From: Escherichia phage SmurfNell
Direction: 5' to 3' (one strand)
Sequence record: OR896824.1
DNA length: 64,000 bases
Part shown: positions 63,520 through 64,000 of the stretch, in pieces
Position numbering within the stretch: the stretch's first letter is position 1
Layout: each line of letters opens with the position of its first letter
Translations under genes and position numbers: made by a program
The notes under the pieces: generated by a model
What the model was told of the DNA's origin: nothing
The model's database searches: none
The model's input: only the letters and a program-made list of their open reading frames with translations

Positions 63520-64000
63520 TGGCAAATGATGTATTAGTTCCCGATCTCATGTCTCCCGAAGGCATGGATGTTATTGAAGCCTACTTACAGTGTGGTAGTG
63601 ATATTCCTGCCGCTGCTCGTAGTCTTGGGATGTCCGAGATTGCATTTCGTGATATAATGAATCGTGGAGAAGTTAAAAACTATCTCAACGATATATTTAT
63701 GGAAAGTGGCTTCCGTAATCGTGACCGTTTATTCGGAGTTCTTGACGAAGTTATCAAGCGTAAGCTGGAAGAACTTGAAGAAACTGGCATGGGTTCTGAC
63801 CAGGATATCATGGATATTCTCTGGAAGGCGCACAAGATGAAGATGGAAGAAATGAAAATGATGGTAGAACTGGAGAAAGTGAAGGCAGCAGCCCGTACTC
63901 CGGCTAACCAGACTAATATTCAGAATAATATTATTGCTGGAAGTGGTGACGAAAACTATATGAATCTTATTACCGCTCTAGCAGGAGGAGGTAAGAGATA
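63520..64000 (+). CDS. hypothetical protein, 3' partial (possible HTH DNA-binding or small terminase-like)
   Basis: Strong AAGGAGG RBS; runs off the window end. Confidence 0.3.

Overview
This window reads as the early/pre-early region of a T5-like (Tequintavirus-type) lytic phage of an enterobacterial host, assigned from gene content and synteny by memory rather than any database search. It has three parts. (1) 1-22.4 kb is a nucleotide-metabolism block: class III and class Ia ribonucleotide reductases (nrdD, nrdA, nrdB), DHFR, thymidylate synthase, PhoH, RNase H, three HNH homing endonucleases, a SIR2-like protein and a NadR-like/PnuC NAD salvage pair. (2) 22.5-31.1 kb is a tRNA island of about 30 tRNA genes (hand-folded, several atypical) interleaved with small zinc-ribbon ORFs, followed by GrcA-like, spanin, dNMP kinase, ClpP-like, holin, endolysin and phosphatase genes. 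(3) 49-60.6 kb is a compositionally distinct block with dense direct-repeat arrays, DnaA boxes and palindromes, a minus-strand cassette, and A1-like and Dmp-like pre-early genes, followed by a lipoprotein/receptor-binding-protein pair. More than 25 copies of a strong sigma70-type early promoter consensus punctuate the plus strand. The candidates I would look at first are the repeat-bracketed cassette at 50.3-54.9 kb, the promoter-driven 0.85 kb non-coding region at 17.9-18.8 kb, the atypical tRNAs and the phage NAD salvage module. All coordinates and folds were done by eye and need tRNAscan-SE/ARAGORN and homology searches to confirm.
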